A stretch of 64,000 nucleotides of DNA from a candidate division CPR2 bacterium GW2011_GWC2_39_10 (GCA_000993275.1 LBVV01000009.1:2897-66896), one strand, 5' to 3'. Counted from the first letter of the stretch, positions 1-11,428 are shown. Notes: generated by a model from the letters alone, not told the origin. Numbers and translations: made by a program.

Positions 1-1
1 G

Positions 2-1441
2 CTTTTAGAAAAAGCCATTGAAGCAGATGATGCTTTGCTTGAAAAATATCTTGGCGGTGAAAAAATTACCACCGAAGAATTTAAATCGGCAATTCGAAAA
101 TCGGTTCTTAACGGTGATTTTTACTTAGTATTGGGCGGCGATGGAAGAGGCGTTATCGTTCAAACTCTGCTTAATGCGGTTAATGATTATTTGCCAAACC
201 CGCTTGATGTTCCGCCGGTAAAGGGTACGCATCCAAAAACCGGAGAAGAAATAGAAAGAAAAGCCTCCGACTCCGAACCTTTCTCGGCACTTGCCTTTAA
301 GATTGCCGCAGATCCTTTTGTCGGCAAACTTGCTTTCTTTAGAATTTATTCGGGAATCTTAAAATCCGGCTCATATGTTTTAAACTCCTCAACCGGACAA
401 AAGGAAAGAATCGGCCGAATACTTCGAATGCATGCAAATCACAGGGAAGACGTTCCCCAAGTTTATGCCGGAGAAATTGCAGCGGCCGTAGGTCTTAAAA
501 AAACTACAACCGGCGATACACTCTGCGATATTGACAAACCGATAATTTTAGAAAAAATTATTTTTCCGGAACCGGTTATTTCAGTTGCAATTGAGCCGAA
601 AACCAAAGCCGATCAGGAAAAAATGGGCATCGCATTATCCAGACTTGCTGAAGAAGACCCAACCTTTAGAGTAAAAACTGATGAAGAAGTTGCTCAGACT
701 ATTATTGAAGGTATGGGCGAACTTCATTTGGAAATTATCGTTGATCGAATGAAAAGGGAATTTAAGGTTGAAGCTAATGTTGGTAAACCCCAGGTTGCTT
801 ACAAAGAAACCATCCGAAAATCAACCAAAATTGAAGGTAAGTTTATTAGACAATCCGGCGGACGCGGTCAGTACGGTCATTGTTGGTTAGAGTTAGAGCC
901 GAATGAATCCGGAAAAGGTTTTGAGTTTATAAATAAAATCGTTGGCGGCGCCATTCCCAGGGAATATATTAATCCAATCGAACAGGGCGTTAAGGAAGCA
1001 ACAACTAATGGCGTTGTTGCCGGATATCCGGTAGTAGATGTTAAAGTTACCCTGTATGACGGCTCTTATCATGAGGTTGACTCGTCCGAAATGGCCTTTA
1101 AAATTGCCGGTTCCATGGCCCTGCAGGCTGGCGTCAAACAAGCCGATCCGGTCATTTTAGAACCAATTATGAGGGTGGAAGTTACCACCCCTGAAGATTT
1201 TATGGGCGACATTATGGGCGATTTAAATTCCAAAAGGGGACGAATTCAGAAAATGGACGAAAGAGCCGGCGTCAAAATTGTTGATGCTCTTGTTCCGCTT
1301 GCCGAAATGTTTGGTTATACAACCACATTAAGATCAATGTCGCAAGGACGTGCTGCATCTACAATGGAATTTGATCATTACGCTGAGGTTCCAAGAAACA
1401 TAATGGAAGAAATAATCGGAAAAAGAACAACAGCAAAGTAA
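2..1441 (+). CDS. fusA: Elongation factor G, C-terminal ~480 aa. The gene starts upstream of the window.
   Basis: The frame is open from position 2. EF-G domains II-V are recognisable (e.g. [28 protein letters not shown]). tuf lies downstream. Confidence 0.93.
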   Translation, partial: LLEKAIEADDALLEKYLGGEKITTEEFKSAIRKSVLNGDFYLVLGGDGRGVIVQTLLNAVNDYLPNPLDVPPVKGTHPKTGEEIERKASDSEPFSALAFKIAADPFVGKLAFFRIYSGILKSGSYVLNSSTGQKERIGRILRMHANHREDVPQVYAGEIAAAVGLKKTTTGDTLCDIDKPIILEKIIFPEPVISVAIEPKTKADQEKMGIALSRLAEEDPTFRVKTDEEVAQTIIEGMGELHLEIIVDRMKREFKVEANVGKPQVAYKETIRKSTKIEGKFIRQSGGRGQYGHCWLELEPNESGKGFEFINKIVGGAIPREYINPIEQGVKEATTNGVVAGYPVVDVKVTLYDGSYHEVDSSEMAFKIAGSMALQAGVKQADPVILEPIMRVEVTTPEDFMGDIMGDLNSKRGRIQKMDERAGVKIVDALVPLAEMFGYTTTLRSMSQGRAASTMEFDHYAEVPRNIMEEIIGKRTTAK

Positions 1442-1471
1442 TAAACAATAAGCAAGAAACAATAAACAAAA

Positions 1472-1497
1472 AAGCCTCGAAAGGGGCTTTTTTGTTT
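1472..1497 (+). terminator. Rho-independent terminator after fusA
   Basis: Stem AGCCTC, loop GAAA, stem GGGGCT, followed by a T-run. Confidence 0.7.
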
Positions 1498-1545
1498 CTT
1501 TCGTCATTGCGAAGGAGCGAAGCGACTGCGGCAATCTCATGGGAA
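1497..1545. repeat. Partial copy of the 97-bp repeat family A
   Basis: Shares GTCATTGCGAA and TGCGGCAATCT segments with the full copies at 1722 and 6205. Confidence 0.5.
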
Positions 1546-1721
1546 CACGATTAATGTCTCAGCCAAAGGTTGATCCGCCCTGGAGCGAGACAGGTCTTGG
1601 GCGGAAAATGCCAAATTACAAATAAGAAATATCAAAAAAGTATTAAGAATTGGAATATAGAATTTAGAATATGGTTTTTCTGCTTTATGCCATATTCTTT
1701 ATTCTCGCAAGTATTTGTCAT

Positions 1722-1818
1722 GTAACTGCTCACAATCGTCATTGCGAACGATCCGGCAGCCGCCGGAGAGTGCGGCAATCTTGTTTCAAGCAGAGGAGAT
1801 TGCTTCGTTTCACTCGCA
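1722..1818. repeat. Repeat family A, full copy 1 (97 bp)
   Basis: Near-identical (one mismatch) to 6205-6302. Begins with the TGTAACTGCTCACAATC motif and contains the internal hairpin GCAATCT..AGATTGC. Confidence 0.85.
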
Positions 1819-2132
1819 TTTGTCATTTTCAGCGCTTTTTTGTTCAAAATTCCAAAAAATTGTCTTCATGGGAAGTATTTAAACTATCTAATCTAACCTA
1901 CATTGATCTATTAAAGTTTATTATTATGAAAATGTAATTTTTGAAGCTATAAATTTAGTACCTTAACAGTGCTTGATCATTGTGGTCTAAAACCTGCAGG
2001 TTTAGCGGGGCCAAGCTTTAGGAACTCGAGAAGAGTTCCTAAAGACAGCTCATTACATAAAAAAAGGGGGGCAAAAGAAGTCACTACAAAAGGAGCCATA
2101 GCTGGCTTCTTTTGTTATTTCTAACAAAATAC

Positions 2133-2161
2133 TTGCAAAAAAAGAAAAAAGTAGGTATAAT
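2133..2161 (+). promoter_or_regulatory. Sigma70-like promoter upstream of tuf
   Basis: TTGCAA, 17-nt spacer, TATAAT; about 95 nt upstream of the tuf start. Confidence 0.55.
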
Positions 2162-2256
2162 TTTTAAAGTTAGTGGAAGAGTAAAGTCGTCCACGATTTA
2201 ATTTGTAGACCAACACTAAACTTAAACAAAACCTATAAAAAGAAAGAAAGGAAAAT

Positions 2257-3438
2257 ATGGCAGAAAAATTTCAAAGAAATAAAACCCATGTCAATGTTGG
2301 TACAATTGGTCACGTTGACCATGGAAAAACCACACTTACTGCTGCTATTACCCACGTACTTGCTAAAAAGGGTCTAGCTAAAGCAGAGAAATACGAAGAT
2401 ATCGATAATGCCCCCGAAGAAAAAGAAAGAGGCATTACTATCGCAACTCATCACTCTGAATATGAATCAGAGAAAAGACATTATGCTCACGTGGATTGTC
2501 CGGGTCATGCCGACTATGTTAAAAACATGATTACCGGTGCAGCCCAAATGGACGGTGCTATTTTAGTTGTATCTGCGGCTGACGGGCCAATGCCTCAGAC
2601 CAGAGAGCATATTCTTTTAGCTCACCAAGTTGGTGTTCCACATATGGTTGTTTACATGAACAAAACCGATATGGTTGACGATCCAGAATTAATTGACTTG
2701 GTAGAAATGGAAATTAGAGAGCTTCTATCCAAATACGAATTTCCCGGTGATGACACCCCAATTATTAAAGGATCAGCCCTAAAGGCACTAGAGGGCGATA
2801 AAGACGCCGAACAGTCAATTCTGGACTTAATAGATGCCGTAGACTCTTTTATACCGGATCCAAAACGAGAAATCGACAAACCTTTCTTAATGGCAGTTGA
2901 AGATGTTTTCTCAATTAAAGGACGAGGTACAGTTGCTACCGGAAGAATTGAAAGGGGCAAAGTTAAGGTTAATGAAGAAGTTGAAATAGTAGGTATTCAC
3001 CCAACCAGAAAAACAGTTGTAACCGGCGTTGAAATGTTTAGAAAACTTTTAGACGAAGGTTTCGCCGGCGATAACGTTGGACTACTACTTCGAGGCGTTG
3101 AAAAAGACGACATCGAAAGAGGCCAGGTTGTTATCAAGCCGGGCTCTATTACTCCTCATACAGAATTTGACAGTGAAATATATATTCTAACCAAGGATGA
3201 AGGCGGACGACATACCCCTTTCTTCAAGGGTTACAAACCTCAGTTTTATATTAGAACAACTGACGTTACCGGTGAAGTTACTTTACCTTCAGGTGTAGAA
3301 ATGGTTATGCCTGGCGATACGGTTAAATTAGGAATTAAGTTAATTGCTCCAATTGCAATGGAAGATGGAATGAGATTTGCAATCCGCGAAGGTGGTCGAA
3401 CCGTAGGCGCCGGAGTAGTAACTAAGATCATAAAATAA
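2257..3438 (+). CDS. tuf: Elongation factor Tu
   Basis: [17 protein letters not shown] and NKTD GTPase motifs; full length, 393 aa. Confidence 0.97.
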   Translation: MAEKFQRNKTHVNVGTIGHVDHGKTTLTAAITHVLAKKGLAKAEKYEDIDNAPEEKERGITIATHHSEYESEKRHYAHVDCPGHADYVKNMITGAAQMDGAILVVSAADGPMPQTREHILLAHQVGVPHMVVYMNKTDMVDDPELIDLVEMEIRELLSKYEFPGDDTPIIKGSALKALEGDKDAEQSILDLIDAVDSFIPDPKREIDKPFLMAVEDVFSIKGRGTVATGRIERGKVKVNEEVEIVGIHPTRKTVVTGVEMFRKLLDEGFAGDNVGLLLRGVEKDDIERGQVVIKPGSITPHTEFDSEIYILTKDEGGRHTPFFKGYKPQFYIRTTDVTGEVTLPSGVEMVMPGDTVKLGIKLIAPIAMEDGMRFAIREGGRTVGAGVVTKIIK

Positions 3439-3463
3439 GGTAAGTTTTTAAGGAGTAGGAACT

Positions 3464-3799
3464 TTGACAGCACAAGCAAAAACCCCAGAAAAGACGAAGC
3501 AAAGGATAAGAATCAGGCTAAAAGCTTATGACCATAAGATTATTGATGAGTCATGTAAGCAAATTATTGAAACTGCGGCAAGAACAGGCGCTTTGGTTGC
3601 CGGACCGGTACCGCTTCCAACTCAACGGAATGTGATTACGGTTATCAGATCTCCGCATATCGATAAAAATTCCCGGGAACAGTTCGAGATGAAAACCCAT
3701 AAAAGGCTGATTGACATCCTTGATCCCGCTCCAAAAACAATAGATTCCCTAATGAATCTAAACTTACCGGCCGGTGTAGATATCGAAATTAAGATGTAG
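3464..3799 (+). CDS. rpsJ: 30S ribosomal protein S10
   Basis: [15 protein letters not shown]...PVPLPT; TTG start after an AAGGAG RBS. Confidence 0.93.
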   Translation: MTAQAKTPEKTKQRIRIRLKAYDHKIIDESCKQIIETAARTGALVAGPVPLPTQRNVITVIRSPHIDKNSREQFEMKTHKRLIDILDPAPKTIDSLMNLNLPAGVDIEIKM

Positions 3800-3823
3800 A
3801 TAAATTAAGATGTAGATAACAAA

Positions 3824-3853
3824 AAAGAGTCAGGCAGTTGCCAGACTCTTTTT
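3824..3853 (+). terminator. Rho-independent terminator after rpsJ
   Basis: AGAGTC..11-nt loop..GACTCT followed by TTTTTT. Confidence 0.6.
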
Positions 3854-3995
3854 TAATGTCAAATGTCAAATTACAAAATATTTAGTTATTGGCATTAATT
3901 AATATCATTTGGTGGTTATTTTTTTTGTTTTAATCAAACGATTGCGATTTTGCTTTTTGCTTTATATACTTATGATATAAATAAAAGAGGGTGAA

Positions 3996-6068
3996 ATGTT
4001 TTCTAAAATAAAATCCGGTTTTAAGTCGCATAAAAAATTAGTTGTTATTCTATTTTCGTCTTTTTTAATTTTAGGGCTATCGGGCGGAATTTATTATTTT
4101 GACTATTTTAGAGATTCCATAAGTCCGAACATAATATCTAAAAAAAAACCTACTCCTACTCCAAAACTTGAACCATTAAAAGTATCGGATAACAATCTTA
4201 AAAAGTTTTCTTCCTGCAGCACCTTAACTAGCGTTTTTGAAAACAGAAAAAAAGAGCAGCAAAACAGACTTATGGAATTTGCTGCAACGGCACCCGCAGA
4301 TCCTCCGGGCAAGGGCGGCGGAGGCGGCGAATATTCTGAAACCAATGTTCAGGTTGAGGGTGTAGATGAGGGAGATATCGTTAAAACTGATGGTGATTAT
4401 ATTTACACTATTGTTAAAGAGAAGGCCATTAAAATTGTTAAGGCCTTGCCTGCTAACAATATTTCGCTGTCTTCAACTATTAATTTCCCCGACAATTATG
4501 CCGTAAAAGAGTTATTTTTAGATGGAAATAAGTTGGTTGCTCTTGGAAATTCAGCAATCAAAGCCCGGGGCATTACAAATGTGCCGGAATGGTATTCGGA
4601 TTATAATTTTAATGAGGTTTACACTTTTATTAAAATTTGGGATATTACTGATCGGAATAATCCTAATCTGGTTCGTGACCTGCAGTATCAGGGTAATTAT
4701 TCGACTTCCAGAAAAATTAGCAGCTCGGTTTATGTGGTTGTAAATACTGCTCCGGATTTTGAAATTATTAATAAAGACGCTAAGGCTGACCAATATATTC
4801 CCAAAATATCCACGTCTGTTGGATCTTCTCAGTATAAGCCGGCTTGCGAATGTCAGGACGTGCATTATCTCACTTCCTTAAATTCAAAAAAGGAAACCAC
4901 CGAGGCAGAAGATATTAGGAATTTAAAAGATAGCAATTTTGTTTCGGTGATTACTATTAAGGCTCAAGATGTAAGCGCAGATCCGGACAAAAAAGTGATT
5001 GTTGCAAGTACCGATAAGGCTTATGCCTCAGCTAAAAATCTTTATTTAGCAGAGCCGCAATATCCGGAATTAACGACAAATGGGACAGTTTCGAATTTAA
5101 TTCCGGATAGCAATAATACGGCTATTCATAAATTTGCCCTTTCGGCAGAAAGAACCGATTATTTATCAAGCACTATAGTTCCGGGCGAAGTCTTAAACAA
5201 ATACTCGATGGACGAATATAACGATCATCTTAGAATTGCAACCACCAAGGGCAATGTGTGGAACCAAACCACAAAATCAACAAACAATTTGTATGTTTTA
5301 GATAAAAACTTTAAATTAGTGGGCAAAATAGAAGGCTTGGCCGAAGGGGAACATATCTATTCGGCAAGATTTGTGGGAGAAAGAGGCTATCTGGTTACAT
5401 TTAAAAAAGTAGATCCTTTTTTCACCCTGGACCTTAAAGATCCGGCCAGTCCCAAAGTGGTCGGTCAATTAAAGATTCCGGGTTATAGCGATTATCTACA
5501 TCCGATAGACGAAAACCATATTATAGGCATCGGAAAAAACACCATTGAAGCACAGCAGGAGTTAGAAAGCGAGCGAAGGGTTGATTTTGCCTGGTATCAA
5601 GGAATAAAAATGGCAATATTTGATGTGACCGATTTTGCAAATCCAAAGGAAATGCATAAGGTTACCATAGGCGATAGGGGAACGGATTCTTACGCCTTAC
5701 ATGACCCCAAAGCTTTTCTTTACGATAAAAAGAAAAATTTATTAGTCATTCCAATTTTGCTTGCCGAAATGTCCGAGACTCAGAAAAAGCAAGCGGAAGA
5801 TTGGGAATACGGCGCCAATACTTATCAGGGATCTTATGTTTATAATGTAACCCTAGATGCGGGTTTCGAACTTAGGGGCAGGGTCACTCATTATTCGGAA
5901 AATCATTTTAAGGATATCGAAAATAACATGTCATATTATTATTACGGCGACGATAAATCTATAGCCAGATCTTTATATATTGGTGATAATCTTTATACCG
6001 TCTCCAATGGTAAAATTATGGTTAATAATCTATCCAATTTATCCAAACTAAAAGAACTAAGTCTATAG
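3996..6068 (+). CDS. Secreted beta-propeller domain protein (Pfam Beta_propel / COG4880-like) with an N-terminal signal anchor
   Basis: N-terminal TM, Gly-rich linker, then the characteristic GVDEGDIVKTDGDYIYT start and repeated YS.RFVGERGYLVTF / GYSDYLHP blades. Confidence 0.7.
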   Translation: MFSKIKSGFKSHKKLVVILFSSFLILGLSGGIYYFDYFRDSISPNIISKKKPTPTPKLEPLKVSDNNLKKFSSCSTLTSVFENRKKEQQNRLMEFAATAPADPPGKGGGGGEYSETNVQVEGVDEGDIVKTDGDYIYTIVKEKAIKIVKALPANNISLSSTINFPDNYAVKELFLDGNKLVALGNSAIKARGITNVPEWYSDYNFNEVYTFIKIWDITDRNNPNLVRDLQYQGNYSTSRKISSSVYVVVNTAPDFEIINKDAKADQYIPKISTSVGSSQYKPACECQDVHYLTSLNSKKETTEAEDIRNLKDSNFVSVITIKAQDVSADPDKKVIVASTDKAYASAKNLYLAEPQYPELTTNGTVSNLIPDSNNTAIHKFALSAERTDYLSSTIVPGEVLNKYSMDEYNDHLRIATTKGNVWNQTTKSTNNLYVLDKNFKLVGKIEGLAEGEHIYSARFVGERGYLVTFKKVDPFFTLDLKDPASPKVVGQLKIPGYSDYLHPIDENHIIGIGKNTIEAQQELESERRVDFAWYQGIKMAIFDVTDFANPKEMHKVTIGDRGTDSYALHDPKAFLYDKKKNLLVIPILLAEMSETQKKQAEDWEYGANTYQGSYVYNVTLDAGFELRGRVTHYSENHFKDIENNMSYYYYGDDKSIARSLYIGDNLYTVSNGKIMVNNLSNLSKLKELSL

Positions 6069-6204
6069 TAAAAAAACCGCCCCATCATGGGATAGTCTCT
6101 CTCATTTGAGTCTCAATTGGATTACTAAAATCTCCATCTAAATGACTTAAGGCTGGCAGGAAATCGGAAAGACAACTAAAAAAATGAGTGTAACCCAGGC
6201 CCTT

Positions 6205-6302
6205 TGTAACTGCTCATAATCGTCATTGCGAACGATCCGGCAGCCGCCGGAGAGTGCGGCAATCTTGTTTCAAGCAGAGGAGATTGCTTCGTTTCACTCG
6301 CA
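6205..6302. repeat. Repeat family A, full copy 2
   Basis: 98 bp, near-identical to 1722-1818. Confidence 0.85.
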
Positions 6303-6400
6303 AAAAACTGCTTAAAATGTGCTAAAATTTAAAATCAAACAAAAATGCAACTTTACAATTAAATGAAAAATGTCAGCACTGATTTAGGAGGGGAATTAAA

Positions 6401-6766
6401 ATGAAAAGGTTGAATGATTTTAGTATCTATGCGAAATTGATTATTTTCGGAATAATGATTGAAATTTTAAGTTTATTTCTGCCGATGGTTTTTATTAAAT
6501 TATTGCCCTACGTATTGCCCAACATAGTAACTGTGTCGGAAATCCCATTTCCAGTTTTAATGATTCTCAATCTTCGGCCAACATTAGGCCATTATGGATT
6601 TATTTGCATCATGGCTGGATTAGATTATTACTTTTGGCGCAATAATAGCCCTGATGAAGAAAATGGACATTTATATCTATCAAGGCTAGTCATTAAGCAT
6701 TCCCCCGCATTGTTAATGGTTATTTACTCGATAGACTATTTCATTTTTACACGTTTTATTAATTGA
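6401..6766 (+). CDS. Small hypothetical membrane protein
   Basis: GGAGGGG RBS 7 nt upstream; hydrophobic 121-aa product; no recognisable family. Confidence 0.45.
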   Translation: MKRLNDFSIYAKLIIFGIMIEILSLFLPMVFIKLLPYVLPNIVTVSEIPFPVLMILNLRPTLGHYGFICIMAGLDYYFWRNNSPDEENGHLYLSRLVIKHSPALLMVIYSIDYFIFTRFIN

Positions 6767-6819
6767 TGAATGTCGGCACATTTCGCACTGGCAAGATAAC
6801 TGTTTTGAGGAGGTCTATT

Positions 6820-7341
6820 ATGAAAACTACAAGCAGTGGAATTATCGTTGCGCGGCATGTAATCGAGACGATTAAATTGGCACCGATTAGGATAGATCAT
6901 GATCTTGAGTTTGCGAGAATAATAGAGGGCTTATACGGCCACGATTCTGGCATCAACTACACCAATATCCCTGATTGCAACGCAGGAAAAAATGGCATCG
7001 AGGAGGCAAGCCTTTTTCTTGTCAGGCCCGTTCCTTATTGGCAGGTGTGGTTAACAGACAGGGTTTTGTCATTGCTTGATGAAGCAGGATTTGTCCAAGA
7101 AGAGTTTCCTACCCTGTTTTCGCTCATGGGTCATGCCGAAGAACTTTGCAAAGCACGTATTGATAACATCTCGGCTCTTGGTGAGCACTCTCGTTGGAGG
7201 CATTCCAACGGCAATATCTTTGCTCCGTTTATGTCGCTATACGCTGCTAAATTCGGTTATCCTGCATTTTGCGAATTCGAAAGTAAATTTATCGGGAGCA
7301 AATGGTCGGAAGATAATTGGCTTGTTGTCCGCCACAAGTAG
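6820..7341 (+). CDS. Hypothetical protein of ~173 aa with a locally higher GC composition
   Basis: GAGGAGG RBS before the ATG at 6820. The ORF tool's longer 6763 start is less likely. No recognisable family. Confidence 0.5.
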   Translation: MKTTSSGIIVARHVIETIKLAPIRIDHDLEFARIIEGLYGHDSGINYTNIPDCNAGKNGIEEASLFLVRPVPYWQVWLTDRVLSLLDEAGFVQEEFPTLFSLMGHAEELCKARIDNISALGEHSRWRHSNGNIFAPFMSLYAAKFGYPAFCEFESKFIGSKWSEDNWLVVRHK

Positions 7342-7496
7342 TTTTTAAGACATAGGAATTTGAATTATTAATTCTTTAATTCCTTCGGTCCCAAACGGGC
7401 GATTTTGACTTTAAGTTGAGATCGCCTTTTTTTATTGTTGTTTTTAACCCATAAACCCATTGACCAATTAACCCATCCCACCCGCTAATTTTCTTC

Positions 7497-7525
7497 TTGA
7501 CAAATTGAGCTTAAAACCTTATACT
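7497..7525 (+). promoter_or_regulatory. Sigma70-like promoter that restarts the S10 operon at rplC
   Basis: TTGACA, 17-nt spacer, TATACT; followed by a ~115-nt hairpin-rich leader. Confidence 0.55.
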
Positions 7526-7642
7526 TTTTAAGGTAATATTTTATAAAGAAATACTTACAGTATCAAGCGGGGAGTTGGAGCAGTCCGGCGAATGTCGGAA
7601 ACTTTCTAACTGTCCGAAATATTTGTTTGTCTAGGAAACAAA

Positions 7643-8269
7643 ATGAAAGCAGTTTTAGGTAAAAAAGTTGGAATGACCAGAATTTTCGCCGAAAACGGTA
7701 AAATTACACCCGTTACGGTTATTGAAGTTACTCCAAATACTGTCATCCAAATTAAAACCGCAGGCAAAGACGGATACAATGCAGTTCAAATTGGTTTCGG
7801 TAACGTAAAAAATATAAAAAAGCCTCAGGCCGGTCACTTAAAAAAGGCAAAAGTTGAAGCAAAATATTTAAAAGAAGTCCCCTCAATTGACATAGAAACT
7901 GCCGAAGGGCAGGAGCCTAAGGAGCTAAAAGTAGGGGATCAAATTTTAGTTGACATCTTTAACTCCGGCGATAAGGTTGAAGCTGTCGGTGTTTCCAAGG
8001 GCAAGGGCTTTGCCGGCACCATTAAAAGACACAACTTTAGTAGAGGCCCAAAATCGCACGGCTCTCATAATGTCAGAAAACCCGGTTCTATCGGAGCCAT
8101 GTTTCCGCAGCACGTTTTCAAGGGTCAGAAAATGCCTGGAAGAATGGGACATATTCAGGTTACCACCAAAAATTTAGAAATAGTTACAGTAGATAAAGAG
8201 AATAATTTATTAACAATTAAAGGCGCTGTGCCCGGACCGGCAAAAGGGCTAATAGTAATTAGAGGTTAA
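7643..8269 (+). CDS. rplC: 50S ribosomal protein L3
   Basis: MKAVLGKKVGMTRIF... L3 signature. Confidence 0.95.
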   Translation: MKAVLGKKVGMTRIFAENGKITPVTVIEVTPNTVIQIKTAGKDGYNAVQIGFGNVKNIKKPQAGHLKKAKVEAKYLKEVPSIDIETAEGQEPKELKVGDQILVDIFNSGDKVEAVGVSKGKGFAGTIKRHNFSRGPKSHGSHNVRKPGSIGAMFPQHVFKGQKMPGRMGHIQVTTKNLEIVTVDKENNLLTIKGAVPGPAKGLIVIRG

Positions 8270-8270
8270 A

Positions 8271-8945
8271 ATGAAAGCTCCGGTTTACGACATTAAAACC
8301 GATAAAAAAGAAGACAAAACCTTAAAAGACAAAGTTTTCGGTTTGGAAATAAATAAGCCGCTTTTGTCTGAAGTTGCTATTTTAATGCAGTCAAACCTTA
8401 GAGTCGGTTCCGCTAAAACCAAAACCAAGGGTGAAATTTCCGGCGGCGGCAGAAAACCGTGGAAACAAAAAGGTACCGGCAGAGCAAGAACCGGATCTAT
8501 CCGAAATCCAATTTGGCGAGGCGGCGGCACAACTTTTGGGCCAACCGGCGAACAAAATTTTAAAAAGCTTATTCCAATTAAGAAAAGAAGAGCTGCTCTT
8601 TTAAATGCGCTATCTTTAAAAGCTAAAGAAAAGCAAATTATTATGATAAAAGAAGTTCTAGTTAAAGAACCAAAAACCAAAGTAATGACTGAGGTTTTAG
8701 CCAAGATTCCTGTTTCCGGCCGAATTTTAATGGTTTTACCGGAACATAATGAAGTTTTTTACAAATCCGGCCGAAATATTCCAAATCTAAAAATGGTTGT
8801 TTATAAAGAGTTAAATACTCTGGAAGTTCTGCGTGCCGACTACTTAGTTTTAGTTAACGGCGTAGAAGCAAAACTGGAAGAGCTTGCGGTAGCCGGTAAA
8901 CCGAAAGAGCTTGCATTGAGTAAACCTAAGGGAGCGGCAAAATAA
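8271..8945 (+). CDS. rplD: 50S ribosomal protein L4
   Basis: GGGRKPWKQKGTGRAR motif. Confidence 0.95.
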   Translation: MKAPVYDIKTDKKEDKTLKDKVFGLEINKPLLSEVAILMQSNLRVGSAKTKTKGEISGGGRKPWKQKGTGRARTGSIRNPIWRGGGTTFGPTGEQNFKKLIPIKKRRAALLNALSLKAKEKQIIMIKEVLVKEPKTKVMTEVLAKIPVSGRILMVLPEHNEVFYKSGRNIPNLKMVVYKELNTLEVLRADYLVLVNGVEAKLEELAVAGKPKELALSKPKGAAK

Positions 8946-9229
8946 TGAGTTTAGTAGTTATAAAAGAACCAGTTATATCAGAAAAATCGATTACCCAAGC
9001 CGATAAGGGTATCTACATTTTTAAAGTTGCGAAAAGCGCCAATAAACTTATAGTTAAAGAAGCGGTTGAATCAACTTTTAAAGTGAAAGTTACCAATGTA
9101 AACATGTTGATCACCAAGGGTAAAAGAAGACGATTTGGTCGCAAGGGAAAAATGGGCAAAATGGTGGATGTTAAAAAAGCCATTGTTACCTTAAAAGAAG
9201 GCGATAAAATCGAGATAATGAAAGGATAA
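8945..9229 (+). CDS. rplW: 50S ribosomal protein L23
   Basis: Conserved position and L23-like sequence. Confidence 0.9.
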   Translation: MSLVVIKEPVISEKSITQADKGIYIFKVAKSANKLIVKEAVESTFKVKVTNVNMLITKGKRRRFGRKGKMGKMVDVKKAIVTLKEGDKIEIMKG

Positions 9230-9231
9230 AA

Positions 9232-10050
9232 ATGCCGGTAGTTAAAGTTAAACCGACAACAAACGCAAGAAGAGGAATGACAGTTGATACTTTCTCAGAT
9301 ATCACAAAGAAAAAACCTGAGAAGTCTTTATTGGTACCTTTAAAAAAGAATGCCGGCAGATCACACGGTAAAATTACAATTAGGCATAGAGGCGGCGGCG
9401 CAAAAAGAATGTATAGACTTATAGATTTTAAGCAGTTTACTTATAAAAATGCTACAGTTGAGTCAATAGAGTATGATCCAAACAGATCGGCCAGAATTGC
9501 ACTTATTTCTTTTGATGGCGGTAAGGGCTATATGATTTCGCCTCAGGGACTTAAGGTTGGTGCAGAATTAGAATTTGGCGAGGAAGCCGAACCAAAAACA
9601 GGAAACAGAATGAGTTTAAAAAGGATTCCTGTTGGTACCCAAGTATTTAATATCGAAATTTATCCGGGTAGGGGCGCCCAGCTGGTAAGATCGGCTGGTG
9701 TTTCTGCTCAGATCGTGGGTCGTGAGGAAGGATTTATTCACGTTCGAATGCCGTCAGGCGAAATTAGACTTATAAACGAAAATTCCTGGGCAAGTATTGG
9801 TAATGTTTCTAATCCGGAACACGGTCTTATAAAAATTGGCAAAGCCGGCAGAAAAAGATGGATGGGTATTAGACCCACCGTTCGCGGTAAAGCCATGAAC
9901 CCCGTTGACCATCCGCATGGTGGCGGTGAAGGCGGATGCGATATCGGTTTGATCCATCCGAAAACCCCTTGGGGTGCTCCGGCTCTCGGATACAAAACCA
10001 GAAGAACGCCAAATAAAATGGTTATAAGATCAAGGAAGAAAAAGAGGTAA
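9232..10050 (+). CDS. rplB: 50S ribosomal protein L2
   Basis: HPHGGGEG motif and RRGM N-terminus. Confidence 0.96.
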   Translation: MPVVKVKPTTNARRGMTVDTFSDITKKKPEKSLLVPLKKNAGRSHGKITIRHRGGGAKRMYRLIDFKQFTYKNATVESIEYDPNRSARIALISFDGGKGYMISPQGLKVGAELEFGEEAEPKTGNRMSLKRIPVGTQVFNIEIYPGRGAQLVRSAGVSAQIVGREEGFIHVRMPSGEIRLINENSWASIGNVSNPEHGLIKIGKAGRKRWMGIRPTVRGKAMNPVDHPHGGGEGGCDIGLIHPKTPWGAPALGYKTRRTPNKMVIRSRKKKR

Positions 10051-10053
10051 GAT

Positions 10054-10329
10054 ATGGGAAGATCACTAAAAAAGGGACCGTTTATAGATCCTAAGTTATT
10101 AAAGAAAATCGAAGGCTCTTCGGCAAATGATAAAAAAATCATTAAAACGTGGGCCAGAAGCTCATCTATTTCTCCGGAAATGGTTGGGTACACAATTGCC
10201 GTGCATAACGGTAAAGAACATCTTCCCGTATATATTACCGAAAACATGGTTGGTCATAAATTTGGTGAATTTTCCCCAACCAGGAAATTTAGAAGTCACG
10301 GCGGTAAAAAAGCTAAGGCTGGAAGGTAA
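10054..10329 (+). CDS. rpsS: 30S ribosomal protein S19
   Basis: GRSLKKGPF...GHKFGEF. Confidence 0.95.
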   Translation: MGRSLKKGPFIDPKLLKKIEGSSANDKKIIKTWARSSSISPEMVGYTIAVHNGKEHLPVYITENMVGHKFGEFSPTRKFRSHGGKKAKAGR

Positions 10330-10334
10330 AAAGA

Positions 10335-10766
10335 ATGAAAGTTAAGTCACAAGCAAAATACGTTAGAACATCGCCCAGAAAGGTACGATTAGTAATTGAC
10401 CTTATTCGGGGCAAAAAAGCTGAAGATGCCATGGCTATTTTAAAATTCGTTAATAAGGCCGCAGCAAAGCCTGTTTTAAAGGTTGTTAAATCAGCAGTTG
10501 CTGACGCGGAACATAATTTCAATTTACGAAAAAAGGACCTTGTAATTACCGAGGCAAAAGCCGATGAGGGTCCAACATTAAAAAGAATTCGGCCAAGAGC
10601 CAAAGGTTCCGCTTTCGAAATTAAAAAAAGAACAAGCCACATTACGGTTTGTGTTGAAGCAGAAACTTCGAAAGCAAAAGGCGAATTATCCAAGGCTCGC
10701 TTAAGTTCCAAAGTTATAAAAAAAGCGGCCGTCGGTAAAAAGGAGCAAAATGGGTCAGAAAGTTAA
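10335..10766 (+). CDS. rplV: 50S ribosomal protein L22
   Basis: [19 protein letters not shown]. Confidence 0.93.
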   Translation: MKVKSQAKYVRTSPRKVRLVIDLIRGKKAEDAMAILKFVNKAAAKPVLKVVKSAVADAEHNFNLRKKDLVITEAKADEGPTLKRIRPRAKGSAFEIKKRTSHITVCVEAETSKAKGELSKARLSSKVIKKAAVGKKEQNGSES

Positions 10767-11406
10767 TCCAACATCTTTCAGGTTACAACTAACAAGGGAT
10801 TGGCAATCCAGATGGTTTGCTGAACGAAATTATACGCAATTTTTACATGAGGATATAAAAATTAGAGAATTTATTATGGGCAAACACGGCGTAAAAAGCG
10901 GCATAAACAGAGTTGAAATTGAAAGAAGTCCAAGTTTGGTAACGGTAATTATTTATTCTTCAAAACCGGGCATAATAATCGGTCGCGGCGGAGCCGGCAT
11001 AGATGAGCTTAAAAAATCAGTTTCTAAAATAATTAAAATTCCGGTAAAAATTAATATCGAAGAAATTAGAAACGCGGAATTATATGCAAAATTAGTAGGA
11101 GATAACATTGTCGGTCAGTTAGAGCGAAGAATTGCCTTTAAAAGAGCAATTAAGCAGGCAATTGACAGATCCATGAAGGCAGGTGCCAAGGGTATAAAAG
11201 TTTCTGTTTCCGGCCGACTTGGCGGAGCAGATATTGCCAGAAATGAAACAAGGTCAGAAGGTAAAATTCCTTTACAAACCATTAAGGCTGATGTTGATTA
11301 CGCTTTGGCGAAAGCTAAAACCACTTACGGAATTCTTGGTGTAAAGGTCTGGATTTATAAAGGCGACATCCAAAGAAAAGCTGTAAATAAGAAAGAATCC
11401 AAATAA
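10750..11406 (+). CDS. rpsC: 30S ribosomal protein S3
   Basis: [12 protein letters not shown]; KH domain. Confidence 0.95.
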   Translation: MGQKVNPTSFRLQLTRDWQSRWFAERNYTQFLHEDIKIREFIMGKHGVKSGINRVEIERSPSLVTVIIYSSKPGIIIGRGGAGIDELKKSVSKIIKIPVKINIEEIRNAELYAKLVGDNIVGQLERRIAFKRAIKQAIDRSMKAGAKGIKVSVSGRLGGADIARNETRSEGKIPLQTIKADVDYALAKAKTTYGILGVKVWIYKGDIQRKAVNKKESK

Positions 11407-11428
11407 ATTTTAGGAGATATGTAATATC

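Noticed and set aside
1671-1937. 88-aa ORF in the fusA-tuf spacer
   Set aside because: It spans repeat family A copy 1. The Cys/Arg-rich translation is what the GC-rich repeat yields by chance, and the same repeat at 6205 has no equivalent ORF.
2652-2960. Minus-strand ORF (102 aa) inside tuf
   Set aside because: It is antisense to a highly conserved gene with a low-complexity Ser/Ile-rich product, the typical shadow ORF of an AT-rich coding region.
8285-8704. Minus-strand ORFs overlapping rplD, rplB (9738-10247), rplV (10313-10711), rpsH (13774-14229) and rpsE (15197-15532)
   Set aside because: All lie entirely within well-supported ribosomal protein genes on the opposite strand, with no RBS and no recognisable domains.
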